Shown: in pieces, positions 26,191 to 38,375 of the stretch
Layout: each line of letters begins with the position of its first letter
Numbering within the stretch: the stretch's first letter is position 1
Origin: Squalus acanthias
Lineage: Eukaryota
Direction of reading: 5' to 3'
DNA: 64,000 bases
NCBI GenBank assembly: GCA_030390025.1
Contig: CM059431.1
Coordinates: forward strand, 131,380,001 to 131,444,000
Notes under the pieces: generated by a model
What the model was told of the DNA's origin: nothing
The model's input: the letters and a program-made list of their open reading frames with translations, nothing else
Databases searched by the model: none
Translations under genes and position numbers: made by a program

Positions 26191-27624
26191 ATTGTCTCCC
26201 ACTGACTAAAAGCAGTCAATAGCCGAGCTTTATAGGGAGCCTTGAGGAAGTATTGTTCTTGATGAGCATAAACTATGAAAGCCACTCTGCTGTAAAGGAA
26301 GAATTTGTTCTTGCTTAGCAAAGCCAACTTGGAAGTGAAGCTAACTATGCTTACTTGAAGTCGCTCACATTTCCCTGACCCCCAAATTATGGTGAGGGTA
26401 GCATGAAAGAGTCCAATTTGACCCTTTGTAGATTGACCATGACGTCCCTACTAAGCTAAGTCTACTTTTGTAGAGGTAGGGAGTTCTATTTCTGACCCAA
26501 ACTAAATTGATCTCCAATAGCAAACTAGAAAGTAGTGACCTCCATTCACTCAAGTAATTCTCAGCACATTATAGAATATATTGTTCTCCTGTATTACAAG
26601 AAAGTTGCACTGAATAAAGTGATAGGGGAAATCTGCTCATTTTAGTAAATTTCCTTAAAACTGTTGTTGGCCAAGAATGAATTCCTTCCATTTGTGAATT
26701 ACAGATACATGAACAGCAAACATGGAGAGAAAATAAAATCTTATTAAGGACTTGTTGATATTAGGAATGTGTTTTTTAAACCATTCAGCATAGGATGATT
26801 TTGTGTTTCTTCTTAGAAACATTTTGAAGAGGATGATATTCTTACCTAATTGGAATTGAGATTACTTCATGAGCAGAAGTGAAGTTGTCAAGGGCTATAT
26901 TTGACTCTTTGAAAAATGAAAGAAGCATTGTATTACTAAACTAAACTATCATTATCTGCCAATAACAGTTCAGTACAACATTTTTGTTTACTTATGCACA
27001 CACAGGTAAATTTACCCCAAACCTCAGCTCGCCACACCTTCTGAAAGTGTGCTTGCTTTTTGAGTAATGTGGGTGCTCATCTCACTGTTATTTCTGACTT
27101 CCCCCAAGCTCACTCATGGGGGGCAGTTTTAGCCTACAGGAGCGTGGGTCTAGGAGCGGGTGGGGGTGGTTTAATAGCGGCAAAAAATGCGAGCGCATCA
27201 GGGAGCCAGCTCCAACCCACCCACTTGCGCGTTTAACTCAAGCGCGTGAGGCTGCCTGCGTGCAACTCCCTCGGGAGAAGCGGGTTGCCTATTAACATAT
27301 GCTAATCGTTCAATTGGAGCGATATTTCAACGCACTTTTAAATTTAACGACGCATCCTTGGGTTTCCCGGGCTTCCTGAATCTCATGGAAATACTGCAAT
27401 AAACACTCAGTACTCACAAACGCTTTCTTACCTACTAGTGGGAAAGAGTTTGTTCATAGTACTTTTGCTGAGAGTTTACTTTTTACACTTTGGAGGTTTT
27501 CTGAATTGGGATGGGTGGCTGATATTTAATTGTGTCAGCAGGTAGCTGGGAGGTCCCCATCTCCCCATCTCCGATGACCAGGGGCTCCAAACGCCGCTGA
27601 TCTCCAGCACTTCCTCCTCTGTAG

Positions 27625-30520
27625 TTGTTAGCAGTGAGATCTATGGAGGAGTCAATTACTGCTGTAAGGAGGGATGATATCTTAGCAGGTTCCTCTAATG
27701 AGGCCATATGGGTAGAACTTAAAAACAAAAAGGGGGCAAGCACTTTGCTGGGAGTGTACTATAGGCCCCCAAACAGTCAGGGGGAGATAGAGGAACAGAC
27801 ATGTAGGCAAATCTCAGAGAAGTGTAGAAATAATAGGGTAATAATAGTAGGGGATTTCAACTTCCCCAATATTAACTGGGATAGTCAGAGTGTGAAAGGC
27901 TTAGAGGGTGCTAAATTCTTAAAGTGCAACGCCAACATGTTCCCATAAAGGTCAAGGGTGGGACCAACAAGCCCTGGGAACCCTGGATGTCAAGGGATAT
28001 ACGAGAATGGAGTAGGAAAAAAAGGGAGGCTTTTGGCAGATACAAAGGACTAAAAACAGTGGAATCCCTAGAGGAGTATAGAAAGTGCAGGGGGGTACTT
28101 AAAAAATAAATTAGGAGAGCGAAGAGGGGGCATGAAATAACACTGGCGGGCAAAATAAAGGAAAGTCCCAAGGTGTTTTATAAGTATGTTAAGGGCAAGA
28201 GGATAACCAGGGAAAGAGTAGGGCCCATTAGGGACCAAAGTGGCAATCTGTGTGTAGAGCCAGAAGATGTAGGTGGGGTTTTAAATGAATATTTTGCATC
28301 TGTGTTTACTATGCAGAAGGACGATGTAGGCATAGCAATTAGACAGGGGGATTGTGATATACTTGAACAAATTAGTATTGAGAGGGAGGAGGTACTAGCG
28401 GTTTTAGCAGCTTAAAAGTGGATAAATCCCCAGGCCCAGACGAGATGTATCCCAGGCTGCTGTGTGAGGCAAGGGAGGAGATTGCAGAGGCTCTGACACA
28501 AATTTTCAGAACCTCTCTGGCCACAGGGGAGGTGCCAGAGGACTGGAGGACAGCTAACATAGTACCATTATTCAAGAAGGGTAGTAGGGCTAAACCAGGG
28601 AATTATAGGCCAGTGAGCCTAACATCAGTGGCAGGGAAATTATTGGAAAAAATTCTGAGGGACAGAATTAGTCTCCACTTGGAGAAAAGTGAGAAGTCGC
28701 ACAACACCAGGTTATAGTCCAACAACTTTATTTGAAATCACAAGGTGAAGTGAAGAAATGCATATGGGCACAGCATATATAGTCAGAGAACAATGCCAGA
28801 TGACTACAGTTAATCTTTCTAACTGCCCTTTATCACACCTCGACAGAGAGACAATCACGGCAATCAAAGGTGTGGATGGTGTCCAAACAGGTCAGTCAGG
28901 AAGACATTACATCAAAGACGATAGAATACAACAAAGACAATGAGGTGGGGTCACAAGAGGTCAAATGTGGCAGATGCTGGAGTCTGTATGGAAAACAAAA
29001 AACGTTTTACTTTTTTTGCTGGAAATCACAGCAGGTCCGGCCGCATCTGTGTAGAGAGAACAAGCCAACGACGACTCGAGTCTGGATGACTCTATGTCAG
29101 GTGGGGTTACATGTAGCGTGACATGAACCCAAGATCCCGGTTGAGGCCGTCCTCATGGGTGCGGTACTTGGCTATCAGTTTCTGCTCGGCGATTTTGCGT
29201 TGCCTCTCCACTTGGAGAGGCAAGGATTAATCAAGGATAGTCAACATGGCTTTGTCAGGGGGAGATCATGTCTGACCAATTTGATTGAATTTTTCGAGGG
29301 GGTGACTAGGTGTGTGGATGAGGGTAGTGCAGTTGATGTGGTCTACATGGACTTCAGTAAGGCTTTTGACAAAGTCCCGCATGGGAGACTGGTCAAGAAG
29401 GTAAGAGCCCATGGGATCCAGGGAAACTTGGCACATTGGATCCAAAATTGGCTTAGTGGCAGGAGGCAGAGGGTGATGGTCGAAGGTTGCTTTTGTGACT
29501 GGAAGCCTGTGTCCAGTGGTGTATGGCAGGGATCTGTGCTGGGTCCCTTGCTGTTTGTAGTGTACATTAATGATTTAGATATGAATGTAGGAGGTATGAT
29601 CAGTAAGTTCGCAGATGACACAAAAATTGGTTGCGTGGTAAATAGTGAGGAGGAAAGCCTCAGGCTACAGGACGATATAGACGGGTTGGTCAGATGGGCA
29701 GAACAGTAGCAAATGGAATTTAACCCTGAAAAGTGTGAGGTGATGCATTTTGGGAGGACTAACAAGGCAAGGGAATACACAATGAATGGTAAGACCCTAG
29801 GAAGGACAGAGGATCAGAGGGACCTTGGTGTGCATGTACATAGATCCCTGAAGGTAGCAGGACAGGTAGATAAGGTGGTTAAAAAGGCATATGGGATACT
29901 TGCCTTCATTAGCTGAGGCATAGAATATAAGAGCAGGGAGGTTATGATGGAGCTGTACAGAACGCTAGTTAGGCCACAGCTGGAATACTGTGTGCAGTTC
30001 TGGTCACCACACTATAGGAAGGATGTGATTGCATTGGAGAGGGTGCAGAGGAGATTCACCAGGATGTTACCTGGGCTGCAGCGCTTCAGCTATGAAGAGA
30101 GACTGGACAGGCTGGGGTTGTTTTCCTTAGAGCAGAGAAGGCTGAGGGGGGACCTGATTGAGGTGTACAAAATTATGAGGGGCATAGATAGGGTAGATAG
30201 AAAGGAACTTTTCCCCTTAGTAGAGGGGTCAATAACCAGGGGGCATAGTTTCAAGGTAAGGGGCAGGAGGTTTAGAGGGGATTTGAGGAAAAACTTTTTC
30301 ACCCAGAGGGTGGTTGGAATCTGGAACTCACTGCCTGAAAGGGTGGTAGAGGCAGGAACCCTCACAATATTCAAGAAGCATTTAGATGAACACTTGAAAC
30401 GCCATAGCATACAAGACTACAGACCAAGTGCTGGAAAATGGGATTAAAATAGACAGGGCTTGATGGCCGGCACGGACACGATGGGCCGAAGGGCCTCTTT
30501 CTGTGCTGTATAACTCTATG
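27625..30520 (+). mobile_element. CR1 LINE ORF2 (partial endonuclease + RT) and 3' UTR, decayed
   Basis: GVYYRPP, IVGDFNFP, KSPGPD, DFSKAFDKV, FADD, FFTQRVVGIWNSLP; AACTCTATGA end. Confidence 0.93.
28686..29204 (-). mobile_element. Penelope-like 3' fragment (family 2) nested in CR1
   Basis: 14-bp TSD TCTCCACTTGGAGA (28672-28685, 29205-29218). Minus strand encodes a GIY-YIG-type C-terminus QRKIAEQKLIAKYRTHEDGLNRDLGFMSRYM*. Left end matches the hairpin arms at 40356 and 41505. Confidence 0.88.
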
Positions 30521-32330
30521 ACCACCTCCAGTTTTCTCCCCCTCCCTCATTTTCTATGCTCTCTTCTGCAACGGGGGAAAGAACAGACCTATGAGTGAGT
30601 GTAATGGCATGTGTTCACCTGATGGATGGAGTGCATTTGGTGAGGGTGACTATCAGGGAGAGGCATGAAATTAAATAAGGATGAGGGTGAGTGGCAGTGG
30701 TGGATGGATAGATGGGGATATGAGGAAGTGCATAGAAAGAGAAGGATGGGTGCACTTGCAAGGTACGTGGGTGTGAGGAGTGGTGTGATGGAGTATGCTT
30801 GACAAGGCAGAGTGAGGGGGTGGGGTGATGCGCACAGCAAGATGTAGGTAAATGTTCAACTGTACTCACCTTTCCTGACCTGGTTAGATCATTAGAGCAC
30901 TTCCTGCACTGAATCCAGGAGTGTGGCACCACGCTCCTGCTGCTGATCTCCTGGGCCACCCCCAGTCACACCTTCTTTGTGGCAGCAGCAAGTTTCTTCC
31001 TCCCATTGCTGGGGAAGAGTATCTCTGTTTGACTCCTCACTGACCCCAGCAGCACATCAAGCGAAGCATTGTTGAATCGAGGCACTGCTCTTGACCATCC
31101 TGAATCCATCATGAAACTTCTCCCCCTCTTTGTGCAAACTGCTAACTCCTCCAAATTCCATCTTTGGATTGGCCCTTTAAATAATGGAGTTGAGATCGCA
31201 TGTTGCGGGTCCTCATCACACCCGTTGCCGTGCAATCGACGCCAAACCTGGAAGTAAAATGATAATGAGGCGGCTGCATTAAAATGCCACAGACAGACGC
31301 GCTGAAAATATTTCTGGGTTTCCCATGCAATATTGCCCCCCGCTCCTCCCCCGCCCCCGGTTTGCAAAGTTGTGCAACTTAACAGATAATGTCATGTAAT
31401 GTATTGATTATTTTGCCTCAACTGCACTCGCCACACATGTATCCGTTAGTGCTGAGCCTGAAATTTGGCTGTAATCAGAAGTGTACTAAGTTGCCAATGT
31501 ACTAAATACTGCTTTGCTTTCCAAATGAATATAAGGAGACTTAAAATATGAAGGGCCAAATTTGTGAATCAAGTACTGAAGCATTCAAATGAATGAAGCT
31601 TCAGTGTATACGTATTTGTCTTATACAATGGATCCATAGAAATCACAATTATTTTCTCTTCATTGGCACTTCTGTTTGTGAGCTGATCTTGTATATCATG
31701 TACTGGCATTGTTGTTTGTTGTGCACGTTCGCTAGCAGCAGAGTGGATACAGGACCAATTGTAGGCTATGACACAGAGAAAGAATCATTATTGCAGACTG
31801 CAGAAAGGAAGCTCAAGGGCTCAGAACCGTGCTACTCCTGGCCGAAATGTGTCCCTGCAAGGAACAGTAATCTGAAACACACCAAGGAGTAGTATCTAAT
31901 GAGGTATAGACAGACAACATTGTCACCAAGTTCTGCTGTTTGGTACATGACTATCTATCTGAGTTCAACAAGGGCAACAGCACTGTAGATGTAATTCAAG
32001 GTAACCACTTCACTGAATTTCCTTGCCAATGGCATCTTTCGGGGATTGAAATCAATGGGATGAAAATCGGTTGTGTTCGACAAGAAGGCGGCGACCTGCT
32101 CTGTCAGATTACTGCCCAGGTGGTGAAGGTGAAAATGCCTCCAATCTGTTTGGAAATACTTGTGATTATGCAGTACTTTAGGTGCTTGAGACATGTGAAA
32201 ATTAGCATTAGTGCAGGTATATAATGACTGAATGGTTTCTGCTGGACATGATTATTGGATTCGTGAGGCATGAATCTGACCAGATGAAACCCAGATGCAC
32301 TTACAGGTGCTACTCAGAACAGAAAGAGGT

Positions 32331-32770
32331 GAAAGAAAGACTTGCATTTATATATCGCCTTTCACGACCACCGGACATCTCAAAGCGCTTTACAGTCAAT
32401 GAAGTAATTTTGAAGTGGAGTCACTGTTGTAATGTGGGAAACGCGGCAGCCAATTTGCGCACAGCAAGGTCCCACAAACAGCAATGTGATAATGACCAGA
32501 TAATGTGTTTTTTTTTGTTATGTTGATTGAGGGATAAATATTGGCCAGGACACCGGGGATAACTCCCCTACTCTTCTTCGAAATAGTGCCATGGGATCTT
32601 TTACGTCCACCTGAGAGAGCAGATTCTATTTAACGTCTCATCCGAAAGATGGCACCTCCAACAGTACAGCACCCCCTCAGTACTGCACTGGAGTGTCAGC
32701 CTAGCTTTATGTGCTCAAGTCCCGGGAGTGACTCAGAGGCGAGTGTGCTACCCACTGAGCCACAGCTGAA
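32331..32770 (-). mobile_element. tRNA-derived DeuSINE (SacSINE1-like) with L2-type tail
   Basis: Minus-strand head TCAGCTGTGGCTCAGTGGGTAGCAC; core GGACGTAAAAGATCCCATGGCACTATTTCGAAGAAGAG..GTCCTGGCCAATATT; tail ATAAATGCAAGTCTTTCTTTC. Confidence 0.85.
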
Positions 32771-33729
32771 CTTTAATTCTAATTTCTGAAGGAGGAGAGC
32801 ATAGCTGCATCTACTTATCCATATCAATATTAATATTATGAAAATACTATCATTGCATGCATCTCGTGTCCACACCACACGTTGGACATTACACATGTAA
32901 GTATGCATATTTCTTGAAATTTCATACCACTAAAACAGCAGCAAATCAAAACTCTGTAACTAAGAGCAATGAGAAATATTACCAATGAAAAGCAGAAATT
33001 GAATCAATCAAATCATACAAAATAATTTTTGGTCACAGTTTTTCTGTTAGCCCCATACACATAGGTAAAAATGTTGAAAATAAGGTTTGTAACATAATAC
33101 AGACATTTAAAACTACATATTAGATAATAACATGAAGAAACTTATCTATAAAATTATACCTTCATTAACATATTGCTCAGATGCCTCAGCATCTCTGAAA
33201 AAGCTGGGATTGGAGTTGGTATCATTCCCAGAGGCTTCAAGAGCAGGCCAGGGGGGACAGTGATCTGCGATAAATGGCTTGCTTCCTGATACCCCTCTGC
33301 TTTTCCGTAACCCAACAAGCCTGTATTAATTACATGCCAGAGATGTTTTTACATTGTCATTTAAAAAATTGAAATGAATTCTGTTTGACTATTTGAATAT
33401 TCTTTTTCTGGGACTTGCTGTTATGCAGGACACAGTCAGCTGATGATGACTTGTGCGAGTAGGAGACTGAAAAAATATTCTTGCTTTGAAATAGCCACTT
33501 GGTGATAACCTGTCACTTGTGTGCCCTCTCAATGTGTACTTACTACCAGTCAGTGTCAATTTAATAGCCTATTGAACAAATCCAAAGTCCATATTACATG
33601 ATGAGGCTATTTAGTCTGTGTGGCTGATAATGCGATTCAGGCTGTACTGCACTGGGAATGCTCCCGCTACTGTTCCTGCGGAAATGCTGGTTGTGCCTCC
33701 ACCTGAATAAACTGGCATTCTCCCATCGT

Positions 33730-34880
33730 GTGTCAGCTTGGCTTGGTAGATTATACTCTCTCCTCTGAGTCAGGAGATTATGGATTCAAGCCTCACTACA
33801 GATTTGAGCGCCTAAGCTAGACCCACTGAGGGAGTGCTGCATTGGTCAGCGGAGTCGTCTTGCAGAGGAGATGTTGAACCAAGACCCTGACTGCTTGCTC
33901 AGATGTGCACAAAAGATTGTATGTCACTATTCCGCCAATGTCCTGACCAATTTTCCTCGCTCAACCAACATCACCAAAAACATATTGGGGGAAAAATTGA
34001 GTAGCGCCCCCTTTGGGGTGCTAACTTCGCCGGGGCGCTACTTTTAGCGCCCCATAAAAATTAGCGCCCCCGCGCCGGAAATTGAGTGGTTGCGCCCCAA
34101 GAGGGAAGCGGGGTGCTACTGGCGCTGCAGCACGTCGCACCGCGGTATTGCAGGCCTTCCTCCGCTTCTTAAAGGGGAGGGGCCTTGCGCAGCGCGAACT
34201 GGGGCCCAGCTGGGCCCCCGGGGATCGGGAGTGCCAGCAAAAGAGCCCGGCACTCAAGAGAAGTGCCGGGCTCTTGGAGTGCAGCCGGCACTTCGCGGGG
34301 GGGTGGCTTCACGGGGGCCGGGGACAGCAACGGGGGCAGGTGCTGGCAGGCGGCCATCAACAATAATGGCCGCCCGCCACCTCCCCTTTAACTAGCGCCT
34401 GCCCCGACCGCAGGTAGGCCCCCCTGACCCCGTCGGACATAGCGTCCGGCGGTAAGTCAAGGGGCGCTACCGAAGATCGTGGCCGGAGTGTGAGCGGGGC
34501 GCTGCGCACGGCGATGACGTCATCGCCGGCGGTGCAGCGCCACAGGGCGCTACCGGTTAGCGCCACCGCTAACTTCCCGCTGAATTTTGCGCGAGGCGTG
34601 GGCGGCGCTGCACCCGGGCGCTAGTTGCTTCGCGCCCCATTAGTGCCCTCTTAAGGCGCTAACGGGAGGCGCAAACCAACTGAATTTTCCCCCATTATCT
34701 GGTCATTCATACTGTTTGTGGAACCTTGCTGTATAGAAATTGTCTGCTGTGTTTTAACTACATAACAAGTGAAGTGAAGTTGCTGTCATTATGTAAGCAA
34801 ACACAGCAGCCATTGGTCTTAAAGTGCTTTGGAATGTCTGGAGGACGTGATTAGACGCTATATAAATGCAAGTTCTTTCT
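33730..34880 (+). mobile_element. Older SacSINE1-like copy split by a MITE
   Basis: Head TGTCAGCTTGGCT..CTCTGAGTCAG, core to 33986, resumes at 34694 (ATTATCTGGTCATT) through to the ATAAATGCAAGTTCTTTC tail. Confidence 0.75.
33987..34693. mobile_element. Young GC-rich Harbinger MITE, inverted copy of 22961-23647
   Basis: TIR GGGGGAAAA(A)TT / AATTTTCCCCC; TSD ATT (33984-33986, 34694-34696). Confidence 0.9.
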
Positions 34881-35419
34881 TAATGCGGGGTTAACTCAAT
34901 TAAATATTTCAGCGGTGGTCCTTGTGTGTAATGCATAACATGCTGGGAACCGTATGGGATGCCCAGGGCTGGAATGTTGGGCATCAGCAACCAATGAAGG
35001 GTTACTGGTTGCCTGTTCAGTCCCATTATTTTCTTGGGTTGTTCAATCTACTTCAATCAAATCTACTTGTTCAATTTGACCATTAAAGGCCAAAAATAAT
35101 GATGGAAGCAAAGAAGGGCAGTGCAATATTAGGGAGTTGGCTACCCAGGCAATCCCCCACACCACCCCCACACACACAGGCCCCTTCTAAATTACCTTTT
35201 CCGAGTAGCTGTTTGGCACCAGGCATGTGGCTCAGACGCTACAGTCACATTATCGAAATGTGTGACTTTTGTGGCTAAATTCAACTAATTTGTGCGGCCT
35301 TAATGAGACTTGTGCACAGGCACCCAGTGGCCTTGCTAAAATTTCTGCTGCTACCATTTATAAACCTCAAATCAATCAGAATACCGCAGCCCATGTCTTC
35401 ACCCGTACTGAAGTTGCAT

Positions 35420-35850
35420 CTATATTAGCCCAGCGATAGGGAGCGACGAGGCCATGAACGGATGTAAACACAAGGACAAGAATTTCAAATTTGAGGTTTG
35501 GCAGACCAGGAGCTCATGTAGGTCAGCAGGGATGGGGTGAGCAGAACTTGGTGCGGAATAAGATACAGGCAGCAGAGGTTTGGGCGAGCTGAAGTTTACA
35601 GAGGGTTGTAGATGGGAGGCCAGCCAAGGGAGCATTGGAATAGCTGAATATGAAGGTGACAAAGACAGGGATGAGGGTTTCAGCAGCAGAAGGGGTGAGG
35701 TAGGGGAAGAGGTAGGTGATACTATGGAGGCAGAAGCTCAACTCGGTTGAATATGACGCCAAGGCTGTGAACAGTCTGGTTCAACCTGAGACAGCAGAAA
35801 GTGGGATGAAATTGGTGACAAAGGTATGGAGTTTGTGGCGAGGGTTGAAG
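35420..35850 (-). mobile_element. L2-type LINE fragment
   Basis: Aligns with the 5600-6050 L2 segment (AAETLIPVFVT..YSNAPLAGLP..LCKLQLAQTSAA). Confidence 0.72.
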
Positions 35851-36164
35851 ATTGTGGTTTTGGTCTATCCAAAACACACATGCACATGGACATAGAAGAA
35901 CCCCTTCATGATTTCCTTCAACCCTATGTTCCTGAATGTACCCTCCAGTTCTATCGTTGGCAGCTGCTCCTTCAGCTACCTTGCCTCCTTCCTCTGGAAC
36001 TCCCTCCATTTGCCACCGCCATGCTTGAAAAGCATCCTCAAAATCCTCTTCTTCAAATGCGCTTTTGCCTCCTGATGGCCATCTTCCTATCCACCTGCCC
36101 CTAATTAGTATTCTCTTGATATCCACCACCCAGTGAAGTGCCCTGAGATATCTCTGAACATAAT

Positions 36165-36905
36165 GGCCCAAAAATTCGTGAGGAAGCCTTCGTGCGAGGG
36201 TAAGGCCTCCCCGCGATCTCTCACTCCGCGTTGGCTTTTTCAGTTCCAGCTCGCACGAACTTGATGTTCTGGACAGCTGCTGTGCTGGGCTTGCGTATCC
36301 CACCGGCGTAGTTAATTCGTGCGAGCTGTGGGATCACGTGACTCAGTTAGAGCCAATGGCAGCACACCATCTTCCATTCATAACTTTCACAAAAGTGCTG
36401 TGAAAGTTATGAATACTATAGCCCCCCAAAAGAACCGCTAAACCTCAATTAAATTTAAAAAAAACCATCACATTAATAAAATAAGTATAGTTAAATAAAT
36501 TAACCATTTTAAATAAAAAATTACATTTTTGAAAATATTTTAAATCTTTTAAAAAGTTATAAAAATAAACTTACCTGTCTTTAAAGTCTCTAAAAAAGAT
36601 ATACCTGTTAAAAAAAATTCAAAATAATACTTAATTCACTACTTACCTTGTTAAAAGTGGGTCTTACTCCTCCTTTTTTTATGTCTAGAATCTTCCGTAC
36701 TTACCTGTGCGTTGAAACCACTAAGTGCACAGCGTGCGCGCAGCCTGTAGCGCGCACGCGGTGCACCTAGGACCCGCCCCCTTTTCCAAAAACCAAGTGC
36801 CGGTTTTCAGCGCATGCGCAGTGCATGCAGAAAACCGGCAATTGGAGACAGAATACGCGAGAGTACGCAGTGCGTACTCCGCGTAGCGGGACTAATTTTT
36901 GGGCC
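36165..36905. mobile_element. Harbinger-type MITE
   Basis: Perfect 12-bp TIR GGCCCAAAAATT; TSD AAT (36162-36164, 36906-36908); inserted in an L2/SINE-type tail. Confidence 0.9.
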
Positions 36906-38019
36906 AATGAGTGCTATAGAAATGTATGTTGCTTTTGTCTATGCAAATACATGAAGAATTCCCTTTTGAAACATAAGAACGAGAGTAGGTCATTCAGCTC
37001 CTCAAGCCTGTACTACCTACTGCGGGCTGCTAGTGTCCATAGAACTTTACTCCAGCAAGATTCAGTACCTTCAGGAGAGAAGAGATAAAAACGAGCAAAA
37101 GAAAAACGTTATGACGAACCAATACAATATCTGAGGCTATAACCGCCTCCTCATGACATTGCGAAAGAGTTTGATTCCTTTCAGTGCATTTCTATTTAAT
37201 GGAAGGATAGTATATTTGGATTGGGGCCAGGGAGTTGATTAAAGCACCAGGTGATAGCCAAATGCTCTATTCAGCTTGAGATCTTTAAGTCCAGAGGGTA
37301 TTCAGTCATGAAGAATAGCTATTAGTAGGCAGCATGGACTAAATTATTTTTGTGTCTAATGTGGCTGAACACTTGTATCTCTTTCACTTAGCTTTGTCCT
37401 CCCTGGAATTCTGGTAGTAACGCCCATGAAGGACAGTGATCTTAGTAGGTGATTACTACTGCTGCATTGCAGGTCTTCATAGGTGTCAATGTGCCCCTAT
37501 GTGCCATTACAGTGCAACAGATAAACTATTATGACTGCACTCTTTATTGAAATGGCTTGTGCTCAACAAGAGGGATTACATATGAAATCAATCCTTTTTG
37601 TTGAAATCAAGCCAGTTCTTTCCCGGATGTGATTGCAATACTTAGTTTATACTAAATGATCCAGCAGATTGTGGGTTAGAATAGGCCTGGGAATTTTACC
37701 TCATGCTCTAATTAGCATTAGATTCTCATTCTGGCATGAAATCTAATGGATCATTTACTAGAGGCATTAATACACAGTCTTGAATAAGCGCAGGTTAAAA
37801 AAAGGTTCTTTTGTTTTCCTTCTGTTCCCGAGTAAGAATTTTGAATAACCTTCTTGTTTCTTTTTGTTGATAGAAATTTAAAATTTATATTCTTACATAA
37901 TATTGCTCTTATGTCTCAATCATTTGTTATTCTATTAGAGTCAAATATTTTTCTGCTGATTATTCCAACTGTATTTACCAGGGATCGGCTGGTAAGTCAG
38001 TCTAAATTGTTAAAGTTTT

Positions 38020-38222
38020 ATCCCTCAACCAACATCACTAAAAAACAGATTATCTGGTCATTATCACATTGCTGTTTGTGGGAGTTTGCTGTGAGTTGGC
38101 TGCCATGTGTCCTACATTTGCTAAGTGACTACACTTCAAAAGTATTTAATTGGCTGTAAAGCACTTTGGAACCGCCTGAGGTCATGAGAGGCGCTATAAA
38201 AATGCAAGTCTTTTTCTTTCTT
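38020..38222 (+). mobile_element. SacSINE1-like 3' half
   Basis: CCCTCAACCAACATCACTAAAAAACAGATTATCTGGTCATT..AAATGCAAGTCTTTT. Confidence 0.75.
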
Positions 38223-38228
38223 TCGTTC

Positions 38229-38375
38229 GTTCATCTCGGGCAGTGGCGCAAAACGGGCGTTATTGGATTGGCCACCCGTTACACGTAACGGCTGATATTC
38301 AGTTACATTGCAGTTGCTGCGTATAACAGGCAGCCGATCCGATACCGCCCGTTTTTCACCACCACCCGAGACGAA
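38229..38375. repeat. Imperfect ~150-bp palindrome (mini-MITE)
   Basis: Left arm TTCATCTCGGGCAGTGGCGCAAAACGGGCGTTATTGGATTGGC pairs with right arm GCCGATCCGATACCGCCCGTTTTTCACCACCACCCGAGACGAA. Confidence 0.7.

Larger units (their letters stand above)
27118..31341 (-). mobile_element. Deleted Harbinger with a Myb exon on the minus strand, interrupted by CR1
   Basis: Ends GGGGGGCAGTTTT / AATATTGCCCCCC. Minus-strand Myb exon ~31110-30870: MDSGWSRAVPRFNNASLDVLL..QEISSRSVVPHSWIQCRKCSNDLTRSGK followed by donor GTGAGT. TSD not resolved. Confidence 0.68.

Noticed and set aside
31593..32224. ORFs of 79-99 aa and a minus-strand acceptor near 31856
   Set aside because: No recognisable protein; all three frames after the acceptor stop within 14 codons; part looks like a MITE remnant.
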